From the NCBI GenBank assembly GCA_943355005.1, contig CALRDV010000003.1:72590-136589 (forward strand): DNA of 64,000 nt, in the 5' to 3' direction. The notes beneath the pieces were generated by a model that did not search any database, had not been told where the DNA came from, and was given only the letters and a program-made list of their open reading frames with translations. Shown here piece by piece: positions 45,953-54,362 of this stretch (its first letter is position 1; each line of letters starts with the position of its first letter). The DNA is from Patescibacteria group bacterium. Its GTDB lineage: Bacteria > Patescibacteriota > Microgenomatia > UBA1400 > MFAQ01. The position numbers were made by a program, and so were the translations under genes.

Positions 45953-45995
45953 CGGGAGGGTGGAGTGAGTCTCGCCAGGGCGGGAGACGGTGACT
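45935..45995 (+). repeat. Hairpin repeat, type E variant, followed by a GC-rich palindrome (gagtctcgccagggcgggagac).
   Basis: The unit cgagtacgagattcgcaatgacgg supplies the lspA stop codon (caaTGA). Confidence 0.65.
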
Positions 45996-46012
45996 GAGAC
46001 TATAATAGGCTA

Positions 46013-46747
46013 ATGGAAATCCCAATTCTATACGAAGACAAGGACACTCTGGTAATTAACAAGCCGGTAGATTTAGTCGTAAATAGAGCTAATTCCATAA
46101 AAGGAAGGACTGTTCAAGATTGGGTGGAAGGTCTGGAATGGTTTGATGAAGCCCAAAAAAAGGATGATGATTTGTTTAGACAAAGAAGTGGTGTATGTCA
46201 TCGTTTAGATAAGGAAACAAGTGGCTGTTTGCTGATTGCTAAAAACCCTAATGCTTTGAGATATTATTTGAGTCTTTTTAAAGAAAGAAAATTGACGAAG
46301 ACTTATATGGCTTTGGTTCATGGCCGGGTAGAGCCTGATCATGGTGAGACGGTACTTCCTCTACGGAGAAACTTGTTTAATAGAGAAAAGTGGCAGGTTC
46401 ATTATGAAGGAAAGAAAGCTATTACAGAATGGACAGTGGAGAAAAGATTTATCTATCAGGGTCATGAGCATTGGCGAGATGCTTTAACATTGCTAAGATT
46501 AAATTTGAAAACGGGTAGAACTCACCAAATTAGAGTACATCTATCTTTTTTGGGATGGCCTATCTTTGCTGACGACAAATATTTGAATCGAAAGTTTTCG
46601 CGGGAGGATAGAAAGTATTTGTTTCACCATTTTCTCCATGCAGAACAAATTTCTTTTATTTCCTTTTCCGGTGATAGGGTAGATGTGCACGCTCCAGTGC
46701 CAAGTGATTGTGAAAAACTTCTAAGTTCGTTAATTGAAGAAACGTAA
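46013..46747 (+). CDS. RluA-family pseudouridine synthase (RluD/RluC-like).
   Basis: Catalytic motif HRLDKETSGCLLIAK. Confidence 0.85.
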   Translation: MEIPILYEDKDTLVINKPVDLVVNRANSIKGRTVQDWVEGLEWFDEAQKKDDDLFRQRSGVCHRLDKETSGCLLIAKNPNALRYYLSLFKERKLTKTYMALVHGRVEPDHGETVLPLRRNLFNREKWQVHYEGKKAITEWTVEKRFIYQGHEHWRDALTLLRLNLKTGRTHQIRVHLSFLGWPIFADDKYLNRKFSREDRKYLFHHFLHAEQISFISFSGDRVDVHAPVPSDCEKLLSSLIEET

Positions 46748-46749
46748 AA

Positions 46750-46826
46750 TGTCATTCCGGGCTGAGACCCGGAATCTATATGAATTTTCAAATTTCTGTA
46801 TCCCGGATCAAGTCCGGGATGACAAT
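46750..46826 (+). repeat. Composite hairpin repeat: reverse type B unit followed by a type C unit.
   Basis: gtcattccgggctgagacccggaatctatat ... tgtatcccggatcaagtccgggatgaca. Confidence 0.8.
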
Positions 46827-46839
46827 ACTGTATTGATGT

Positions 46840-48555
46840 TTGGTGGGGAAGTATTGGATGTTAGAATGGATTATGGATGTATTTTTGGTTGACTTAATGG
46901 CGGTTTTTGCAGTGGCAGTTTCCCTAGGTATTGTGTTTAGGTATTTTGGTTTGCCTTCATTGGTTGGTCAAGTATTAGCTGGTTTTCTGATTGGAATTTC
47001 CGGATTTATTGGCACTCAAAATATTTTGATTATGCACATGCTTGGTTCCTTAGGTGTCACTTTGCTTCTCTTTCTGGTTGGATTGGAGATGAATTTTCGG
47101 GAGATTAAGAACACGGGTAAGGTAGTGTTTAAAATGTTTCTTATTCAAACAACATTATTGGGATTTCTGTATTTTGTTTTTTCGGCCTTTGTTCTGAGAT
47201 TGGGGACCACTCCTGCTATCTTACTTTCTCTGGCACTTACATTTAGCAGTACCATTGTGGTGGTAAAAATGCTATCTGAGACAAAGGATCTTTCCAGTTT
47301 TGCCGGTAGACTGAGCCTTGGTTTATTACTTTTGCAAGACCTAATGGCGATTTTTGTCTTAGTGCTTTTGCCTGGATTCTCACAGGGTTTTGAAATCAAT
47401 GGACTTCTTAGTTTGCTTTTTAAGATATTTGCTTTGTTCTTGTGCATAAATGTTGCCGGTCACTTCTTGATTACTAAAATTGAAAAATACTTAGTTAAGA
47501 CTTCCGAAGATCTAGTTCTTCTTAGTCTGGTGTGGTTCTCTTTATCCGTTTATTTTTCCGTTAATGTTCTTCATTTGACTCCGGAGATTGGTGGAATTTT
47601 GGCCGGTATCTCGCTGTCTACCAGTTGGGGTCATTATCAAATCATGAGTAAGGTAAAAACTTTGAGAGATATTTTCTTGACGGTCTTCTTTGTTCTCTTA
47701 GGTTTGGAAATTGGAGTTGGTTCGGTAGATTGGATTTTGGTATTGGAGCTTACTTTATTAGCCGTTTTGGTAAAGTTTGTTGTAACTGAAATTAGTGCTC
47801 TTTGGTCCGGTTTACCAGGTAAAGTTGCTTTTTCTATTAGTATAAATACTACTCAGTTTTCGGAATTTAGCATAATTGTTCTTTCTTTTGGACTGACATC
47901 AGACTTATGGGGAAATAGTTTGGTTACCGCTGTTACCGTTGCTAGTTTGTTCTCGATGATACTATCAACGATTTTTATTGGTAGATCTGCAATGCTATAT
48001 AAATCCTTGTCTTCCAAAGCTCCACGATTTTTTAAAGGTAAAGGTTTGGGTTTGTCGGGTGGAGAAATCTTGACTAATCATGTGGTGCTTCTAGGAGGAG
48101 ACAGGACGGGGCGAAGTATTTTGTCCTCTTTAAAAAAGAATGGCGAAAGAGTTTTGGTGGTTGATTTTAATCCTGATGTGGTAAGTAAGCTTAAAGAATC
48201 CGGGGGAGATGCTATTAGCGCAGATGCCTCTGATCCGGATATCTTGGATATTGCAAACATGGCTAAAGCGAAAATGATTATTTCAACTATCAAGGATATA
48301 AATGATTCCTTGTCTCTTTTGGCTGAAATTAAACAAGCCGGAATAAAGGTTCCTACAATTGTAGATGCCGAAACAGCGACTCAGGCGGCTGAACTGTATG
48401 CTGCAGGCGCTTCTTATGTAATTTTCCCTCACTTTGTAAGTGGTCTTCATTTGGGACAGTTGATGAAAAAATTTGAGAAAGACATAACCATTATCGAAAA
48501 ATACAGAAACAAGCAAAGTGATGTGTTGAAGGAGGTATATGAGGGAGAGTTCTGA
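46840..48555 (+). CDS. CPA2-family cation/proton antiporter with a C-terminal RCK/TrkA-N domain.
   Basis: About 12 TM segments followed by the NAD-binding-like motif VVLLGGDRTG. Confidence 0.75.
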   Translation: MVGKYWMLEWIMDVFLVDLMAVFAVAVSLGIVFRYFGLPSLVGQVLAGFLIGISGFIGTQNILIMHMLGSLGVTLLLFLVGLEMNFREIKNTGKVVFKMFLIQTTLLGFLYFVFSAFVLRLGTTPAILLSLALTFSSTIVVVKMLSETKDLSSFAGRLSLGLLLLQDLMAIFVLVLLPGFSQGFEINGLLSLLFKIFALFLCINVAGHFLITKIEKYLVKTSEDLVLLSLVWFSLSVYFSVNVLHLTPEIGGILAGISLSTSWGHYQIMSKVKTLRDIFLTVFFVLLGLEIGVGSVDWILVLELTLLAVLVKFVVTEISALWSGLPGKVAFSISINTTQFSEFSIIVLSFGLTSDLWGNSLVTAVTVASLFSMILSTIFIGRSAMLYKSLSSKAPRFFKGKGLGLSGGEILTNHVVLLGGDRTGRSILSSLKKNGERVLVVDFNPDVVSKLKESGGDAISADASDPDILDIANMAKAKMIISTIKDINDSLSLLAEIKQAGIKVPTIVDAETATQAAELYAAGASYVIFPHFVSGLHLGQLMKKFEKDITIIEKYRNKQSDVLKEVYEGEF

Positions 48556-49420
48556 TAATAAATATATTAAGTTTGCAGGGGTGGCCTTTCTTGTACTTTT
48601 GTTTGGTCTTCTTTGCTATCGGAATATTGTAGATGGCATTTTTTCTAAGACATCAGGTATCAACGTGGCTATTGTTGGTGATAGAAGCGTGGCTCTTTTG
48701 ATATTGCGTCCTGATGAAGATATCTTGGGCTTGATAAAGTTTCCGGAGAAATTAAAAATTAAGATTTACAATTCAGCCGCTCAATATCCAATTGGTTCTT
48801 TGTGGGAGTATGGATTGAATGAAAAACAGCCTTATCCAATTTTTGAAAAGTCTTTGGGCTTGTCCATAGGCGTTGCTATCTCCAGAACCATCAAGATACA
48901 CGGTGACGTCTCTTTGGAGGAGGTTTTGGGTAATCTACACAAAATAAATCTTAAGACTGACTTGAGTCTGCGAGACAGGTTCCTGATTCGTCAATATTTA
49001 GTGGATTCAGTTACCTCCAAAAAAGTATTGGAGATGGATATTCCAAGTAGTGGGATGGACAAGATTACCGAACCGGATGGAAAGGAATTTTTGATGTTTA
49101 ATAGTGTGATTTCGCTGTGGTCCAAAAACAAATTTTTGCTGGAATCGATCCTAAATGAGAATGTAGATTTGTCTGTAAATAATATATCCGGATTGGTAGG
49201 GTTAGGGATATCTGTCTCCAGGCAGTTGGAAGCGGCTGGATTCCGAGTGGTAGAGGTAAAAACAGATCCCTCGAAAGACGTGCAAGGTTCAGGCTGTATT
49301 TTTATTATAAAAGGAATTTATCCTGCCGCAGAAAAATTTTTACTGGAGCAATTGAATTGTGTTAAACACTCGCAAGTATCTTCTGAGAGCGAAAAGGGGA
49401 TTGATCTTTGGCTCAAGTAA
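48539..49420 (+). CDS. Hypothetical membrane-anchored protein.
   Basis: 293 aa with an N-terminal TM. Overlaps the antiporter gene by 17 nt. Confidence 0.5.
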   Translation: MRESSDNKYIKFAGVAFLVLLFGLLCYRNIVDGIFSKTSGINVAIVGDRSVALLILRPDEDILGLIKFPEKLKIKIYNSAAQYPIGSLWEYGLNEKQPYPIFEKSLGLSIGVAISRTIKIHGDVSLEEVLGNLHKINLKTDLSLRDRFLIRQYLVDSVTSKKVLEMDIPSSGMDKITEPDGKEFLMFNSVISLWSKNKFLLESILNENVDLSVNNISGLVGLGISVSRQLEAAGFRVVEVKTDPSKDVQGSGCIFIIKGIYPAAEKFLLEQLNCVKHSQVSSESEKGIDLWLK

Positions 49421-49424
49421 CTAA

Positions 49425-50126
49425 TTACTCATCACCCAAAAGAGGGTCGTAGATTTCCAATGGGGGAGTCTCACTGGACTCTCCGGCGGAAAGCGAAGGT
49501 AAGTGCTCCTTTTCATCCAGCGGGAAAGAAGGAATGCCTTTTAATTTTTTGGAGCTTTTGGTTTCAAGAATAAAAACTTGGGGACTTTTGGCGTTTACCG
49601 ATTTCATGACAGTTTTGTATTTATATCCGGCATTAATGAGCCTCATCAGTCTGGAAGATAAATTGTCAGGAAGATATCCAATAAATTCATTATTTCTGGA
49701 GACTTTTACTTTATGTTTTGAGAGAGATAGTTCGACCGGCTCACCAATATTTAAGGATGAGAATATTTTTGGCTCACCTTGGCTGACTAAAGGGACAACT
49801 TTTGATTTTCCCGGTTCTTCAATAAAACTGACAGTTTGAAGATATGGATTGGCAAGTCCTTGCTTCTTGTTTATCTTCAGACGGGCCAGATTGTTTTTGG
49901 CTATTGGGTTGTGGGAATCTATTTCGAGAACTCTTTGAAAGCTGATAGTAGCCTTCTTGTTTGTTCCTTGCATGGAATAAGCAATTCCAAGCCGATTTAA
50001 GGTGGGAATATCGTCAGGAGTGTTCTCTAGAATCTTTTCGTTTATGGCAATGGCCTCGTTCCATTTTTTGGCGATGGAGGCTTTTATTGCTTCCTGTTGT
50101 AAATCGGCTATGTTGTCATTGTTCAT
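49425..50126 (-). CDS. TPR-repeat protein.
   Basis: N-terminal TPR-like repeats (AIAINEKILENTPDDIPTLNRLGIAYSMQG...). Confidence 0.6.
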   Translation of the reverse strand: MNNDNIADLQQEAIKASIAKKWNEAIAINEKILENTPDDIPTLNRLGIAYSMQGTNKKATISFQRVLEIDSHNPIAKNNLARLKINKKQGLANPYLQTVSFIEEPGKSKVVPLVSQGEPKIFSSLNIGEPVELSLSKHKVKVSRNNEFIGYLPDNLSSRLMRLINAGYKYKTVMKSVNAKSPQVFILETKSSKKLKGIPSFPLDEKEHLPSLSAGESSETPPLEIYDPLLGDE

Positions 50127-50202
50127 GCTGAGAAATGATATCTATGATTTAACCCTGTGTCAAGTTGTATTTGAGACTTGGGTGTGTAGTAAAATTGTCT
50201 AT

Positions 50203-50727
50203 ATGTCAGGGCATTCAAAATGGTCGACAATCAAGCACCAAAAAGCGATTGAGGACAGTAAACGTAGTTCCGTGTTTACTAAAATAGCTAAAAAGATTCA
50301 TATAGCCGTCAAAAAAGGCGGTTCTGGTGATGTAGATGGCAATCCTTATCTACGCTCATGTGTAGAGGAAGCCAGATCGGTAAATATGCCAATGGAAAAT
50401 ATCAAAAGGGCTATAGACAAAGCTTTGGGCTCAAATGGTGGTGCGTCTGCTGAAGAAGTCGTTTATGAGGCTTATGGACCGTTTGGGGTGGGTATCTTAA
50501 TTACGGCTGTTACCGATAATAGAAATCGTACTTCGGGTGAAGTGAAGAATACTTTGGAAAAGCATGACGCAAAGCTCGGTGGACCGGGATCCGTTTCTTA
50601 CATGAAGGCAATAACTCCAATTCCTAAAATTAGCATCCTAGATACAGACAAAAGTCGAGTCTTAGAACTTTTGGATCTTTTGTCCGAGCTTGAAGATGTG
50701 GTGGACGTTTGGAGTAACTTAGAATAA
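50203..50727 (+). CDS. yebC: YebC/PmpR-family transcriptional regulator (short form).
   Basis: The start MSGHSKWSTIKHQKAIEDSKRS is characteristic of YebC. The start is placed at the internal ATG 50203 of ORF 50002..50727. Confidence 0.75.
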   Translation: MSGHSKWSTIKHQKAIEDSKRSSVFTKIAKKIHIAVKKGGSGDVDGNPYLRSCVEEARSVNMPMENIKRAIDKALGSNGGASAEEVVYEAYGPFGVGILITAVTDNRNRTSGEVKNTLEKHDAKLGGPGSVSYMKAITPIPKISILDTDKSRVLELLDLLSELEDVVDVWSNLE

Positions 50728-50729
50728 TA

Positions 50730-51557
50730 ATGTCAAAAAGAACAAGATTTATATTGGTAAGCGGGATTGTGGCCTTTTGTCTCTGGCTTACAACTACAGC
50801 ACAGGTCGATTACCGATTTGGGCTGTATTTGGCTGTAGCTGCTCTATCTTATGTTTTATCAATCTGGGTTCTGTTCGACGATTTAAAGGGTATTGAGTGG
50901 CTCACTTTGATGGTCTTGCCGGTAATGTTTACTTTGGGATGTGGTTTATTTGCCAACTTCTTGCCGGCAGCCATCCCAAGAATGTTTGGTATGGCTTTTC
51001 AGCTGGAAACTTCATTGCTAATGGCGGGAGTTTTGAAAATTGTTTATTTTGTTCTTTATGCCTTAGCTATGTATGGAATCCTCTTAATTGAGAATATTTT
51101 TTCCGTAGCATCAATTCGAACTATTCAGTTGTTTAGAGCCGCCAGGTCGGTTAACTTTATCTTGACACTTGTTGCTTCACTATTCTTCTATACAGTTGCT
51201 TTGAGCTTAAAAATGCCCTTTTGGTGGATCGCTCCAATGGTATTCGTTGTTTCTTTGATACTATCCTTTCCAAGCTTCTGGAGTGTCGATTTGAAGGGTG
51301 ATATCCTTCATGATGCCGGAAGATTCTCCCTGGTAGTGAGCTGGGTGACAGCCACAGCCTCAATTGCTCTATCTTTTTGGCCGATCAAGGCTTTTATGGG
51401 TGGTTTGATGCTCACGGCGATACTTTACTCGCTTTTAGGCATACTCGAGCAGCGTTTATCCAGTAGGGTATACCTGGAGAGTCTGCTGGAGTATGGGGTA
51501 ACAGTTATGATTATTTTTGTAATTGGGTTCCTGACGACTTCCTGGGTGGGTGGCTAA
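50730..51557 (+). CDS. Hypothetical polytopic membrane protein.
   Basis: 275 aa with multiple TM segments. Confidence 0.55.
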   Translation: MSKRTRFILVSGIVAFCLWLTTTAQVDYRFGLYLAVAALSYVLSIWVLFDDLKGIEWLTLMVLPVMFTLGCGLFANFLPAAIPRMFGMAFQLETSLLMAGVLKIVYFVLYALAMYGILLIENIFSVASIRTIQLFRAARSVNFILTLVASLFFYTVALSLKMPFWWIAPMVFVVSLILSFPSFWSVDLKGDILHDAGRFSLVVSWVTATASIALSFWPIKAFMGGLMLTAILYSLLGILEQRLSSRVYLESLLEYGVTVMIIFVIGFLTTSWVGG

Positions 51558-51626
51558 ATTGTATTAATTTGCGCGTAATCTGCCGTCGTAAAATTATTTT
51601 TGCTAAGGCAAACGAAGGGGGAGAGG

Positions 51627-51698
51627 GCCTATAATCATTGAGCCTATAATAACCTATAACTCATCAAGCCCTATAATAGTTTTCACGAAACCTATAAG
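51627..51698 (+). repeat. Five direct repeats of (G/A/C)CCTATAA(T/C/G) spaced 10-21 nt apart, plus two copies of agttttcacg(a/g).
   Basis: Read directly. Iteron-like, and each copy also looks like a perfect TATAAT -10 box. Confidence 0.6.
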
Positions 51699-51720
51699 TT
51701 TTCACGGATTTAGCACAAAT

Positions 51721-51729
51721 TGTGGATAA
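51721..51729 (-). promoter_or_regulatory. Perfect DnaA-box 9-mer (TTATCCACA on the minus strand).
   Basis: tgtggataa read directly. A 1-mismatch copy tgtagataa lies at 52022-52030. Confidence 0.3.
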
Positions 51730-52322
51730 CTGCTAGGGGGTGATAGGGATTGATATAGTAATTAGGCACGAATGCATGTGGAGTGGGATAGGTTCGAAGT
51801 CGTACCTATATTTAATTATTAATCTGCAAATTAGCCACGTCCCCGAGGCTTAGCTTAGTGTAAAAGTGTGATGAGTGTAGTTGCAGTTCTATGCTATTCC
51901 CTATTTTGAGTCCGGAGAAGCGATACAGAAGAATCGTATACAATACGTCGCACAATAATACTTTTGCGACGTATCTCGTAAAAACAGCCTCCAGGGAAGT
52001 ATGTTTTACATTCTGTCTATTTGTGTAGATAATCCCGAAACTTTCTGACAAGTCTCTCCTCCGATCCTTCTATGGACCCATTTCTTTTGGGTTTATGCCT
52101 GCCGGCCTCGGTTTGTGCCTAATTGTATATAAACCCGAATGTTTGAGGCTATTTTACTTTTTTAGGCTTTGGACGGATACACCAAGTATTTTGTCCAATG
52201 ACTATCTACCCACAAATAGTTCCAGAAGCCGTTTTAGAGCCATTCTACAGCCCCGGTTTTTGACCTAATTTTGGTATTAAAAAACCCCGAGTTGTCCGGG
52301 GGTAGTCTTAGGTGGATTTAGG

Positions 52323-52624
52323 CTATTTCAGTATCTCTAAGATTTTATCTCTTGTTTTTTTATAGAAGTCCGGATTGTCTTCAAACACCTCAGGCAATTC
52401 CATTTCGAAGTATATTTTTATGAGTTCGTGATATTCAAATACTTCAATTGGTACTGAGACATTTGGCCATGCTTTAGCTAAAGACACTATCCTTTTGCAG
52501 TTTTTGATTCCTGTTTCGCCCTCATAGTTACCGGTAAAGGTTTTCTGTATGGGCTTATGGTAAAGATTGTAACTTGAGATTTTTCGATAATTTCTTTAAT
52601 TATTTCGTCAATAGTTAATGGCAT
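52323..52624 (-). pseudogene. Frameshifted small gene (MPLTIDEIIKEIIEKSQVTIFTISPYRKP, then a -1 shift, then FTGNYEGETGIKNCKRIVSLAKAWPNVSVPIEVFEYHELIKIYFEMELPEVFEDNPDFYKKTRDKILEILK).
   Basis: Two overlapping reading frames join into about 100 aa if one frameshift near 52530 is allowed. Terminator hairpin at 52279-52305. Confidence 0.35.
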
Positions 52625-53006
52625 TTTGGCTCCTTCAATGTTCAGATTTATTTAGTATTATATAGGATGTTTGGTTTAAGTCAACAAGCTAAGGTGTTAT
52701 GTTTAACCGTTTTGTAAAACATACACCCCTCTCCCCTCTTTAGGTCTCCCCTTTTTATTTTCACAATGTGAAAAGTCAAATTAGAAAATATATGGATGTA
52801 TCAATATAAATATTAATGATTTAACTAGTCTTTAATTGTTTTGCAAGCCGTTTTAGAGGTATTGTATGGGTTCTTGGGCATATTTTGTACGAAATTTATT
52901 GAAATAATGAACTCAATATTATTATTTATCCGGTTAGAGTTAAAAATGTTTGTTTGTAAAATGTTAATTTAATATCATATTAATCGTCTAATAAAAAACC
53001 CGTGAT

Positions 53007-53414
53007 TTACACGGGTTTGAAAATTATTGGGGGTGTGGCTGGTTTTTGAGATGTAACAATGAGACCGTCATCGCTTGTCAAAATACCTTTAACTCTGTGC
53101 CAAGCCGAAACAACTTCTTGGTTTGTCGTTGCCAGTGATTTCATGATTTCTAAAGCAATATAATTGGCTGAAATGACATCGTCTCTGTATCGGTCATTGT
53201 TGTCTATTACTGTGGCGGTTAACAGAAAATCAGGCATGCCAATAGTGTAGTCAAACGGGGCAACTTCGTAGCCTATTGGTTGGCCGGTGAAGTGGTGCTG
53301 AACTTTATCTCTGATGGTAGCTGCCATAGCCATCGCGTTATATTTGCACTTTCGCTCTTCCTCTTCTGTCAAAATGCCTGCGGGTAGCTTGTATTGAAGC
53401 TTGAAAAGTACCAT
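53007..53414 (-). CDS. Hypothetical protein.
   Basis: 135 aa ORF. Terminator hairpin at 52995-53020 (aacccgtgatttacacgggtt). Confidence 0.5.
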   Translation of the reverse strand: MVLFKLQYKLPAGILTEEEERKCKYNAMAMAATIRDKVQHHFTGQPIGYEVAPFDYTIGMPDFLLTATVIDNNDRYRDDVISANYIALEIMKSLATTNQEVVSAWHRVKGILTSDDGLIVTSQKPATPPIIFKPV

Positions 53415-53619
53415 GTGTCCTCCAAATGACGTTTTTTGTTTACCGGGTGATTATACTGTAAATATTTAAATAATTTAAGCCTGGTTTGGGTTTATTGTAT
53501 TTACTATATTTGTCGCTTAACATTTTTAAAATGTTTACGAGATTCAGCTGTCTTGTCTGCTTATTTTGATGGTAATTTGGTAAGGGTATCGGCTGTTGTA
53601 AGTATTTTCCTCATTTCAA

Positions 53620-53642
53620 CCTACAAGGACCATCCTTGCAGG
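53620..53642 (+). repeat. REP palindrome (cctacaaggaccatccttgcagg) immediately upstream of the RAYT gene.
   Basis: 10-bp stem with a cca loop. One of six copies in the window. Confidence 0.8.
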
Positions 53643-53654
53643 ATTCTTTAAATA

Positions 53655-54362
53655 ATGATCGAGTGTAAGATTAAATTAATGCCATCAAAAAATGTCGTTA
53701 AAGAATATGAGGCTGGTGGGTATTATCATATATATAACCGAGGGGTTGAAAAAAGACAGATTTTTATGGATGAGATGGACTACTCGGTTTATATCTCATA
53801 TCTGGCTACATATTTATCACCTGAAGACTTGCAAGGACCATCCTTGCAAGAGAAAGTATCTCCTTCCAAGGTTTCGAAGAATTATTTTGGAGAAATTAAA
53901 TTACTTGCTTATTGCTTGATGCCGAACCACTTTCATTTGATGCTAACTCAAGAAACTGAACACGGAATAGACCATTTTATGAGATCTATGTCTACCAAAT
54001 ACGTTCGATATTTTAATACTAAATACAAAAGAGTTGGTCCACTATTTCAAGGAATATATAAAGCGGTTAGAATTCAAGATGAATATCAATTTGTTTACCT
54101 TTCGAAATATATTCACCGGAATCCAATCGATTTATTTGCCTGCAAGGATGGTCCTTGCAGGTTGGTGGATTACAAATATTCATCGTATGGAAATTATCTG
54201 CATTTGTTTAGTCAAGGATGGCTGGATACTGAGGAAATTTCAGGCTTGTTTGGTAATGTAAATAAGCAAATTTCGTATCGGAACTACAGAGAGTTTGTGG
54301 AAGGAACATCTGACGAAGACATAACCATGATTAAGGATGTTGTCCTCGATATTGATGTTTAA
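53655..54362 (+). CDS. REP-associated tyrosine transposase (IS200-like Y1 HUH transposase, RAYT).
   Basis: HUH motif LMPNHFHLM, catalytic Tyr region YLSKYIHRNP, and N-terminus YYHIYNRGVEKRQIF. Flanked by inverted REPs. Two further REP copies lie inside the CDS at 53828-53850 and 54139-54161. Confidence 0.8.
   Translation: MIECKIKLMPSKNVVKEYEAGGYYHIYNRGVEKRQIFMDEMDYSVYISYLATYLSPEDLQGPSLQEKVSPSKVSKNYFGEIKLLAYCLMPNHFHLMLTQETEHGIDHFMRSMSTKYVRYFNTKYKRVGPLFQGIYKAVRIQDEYQFVYLSKYIHRNPIDLFACKDGPCRLVDYKYSSYGNYLHLFSQGWLDTEEISGLFGNVNKQISYRNYREFVEGTSDEDITMIKDVVLDIDV
53828..53850 (+). repeat. REP palindrome inside the RAYT coding sequence (encodes LQGPSLQ).
   Basis: cttgcaaggaccatccttgcaag. Confidence 0.75.
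54139..54161 (-). repeat. REP palindrome in the opposite orientation inside the RAYT coding sequence (encodes ACKDGPCRL).
   Basis: cctgcaaggatggtccttgcagg. Confidence 0.75.

Noticed and set aside
51721-51729. A perfect DnaA box, which could suggest the chromosomal oriC.
   Set aside because: It is a single perfect box plus one 1-mismatch copy, and neither dnaA nor dnaN is adjacent. That is insufficient to call oriC, so it is kept only as a low-confidence regulatory annotation.
52232-52861. Two copies of aagccgttttagag, which resembles the start of the Cas9-type CRISPR repeat GTTTTAGAGC.
   Set aside because: There are only two copies about 616 nt apart, with no regular repeat-spacer periodicity and no cas genes nearby. 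It is not a CRISPR array and is treated as part of the degenerate region.
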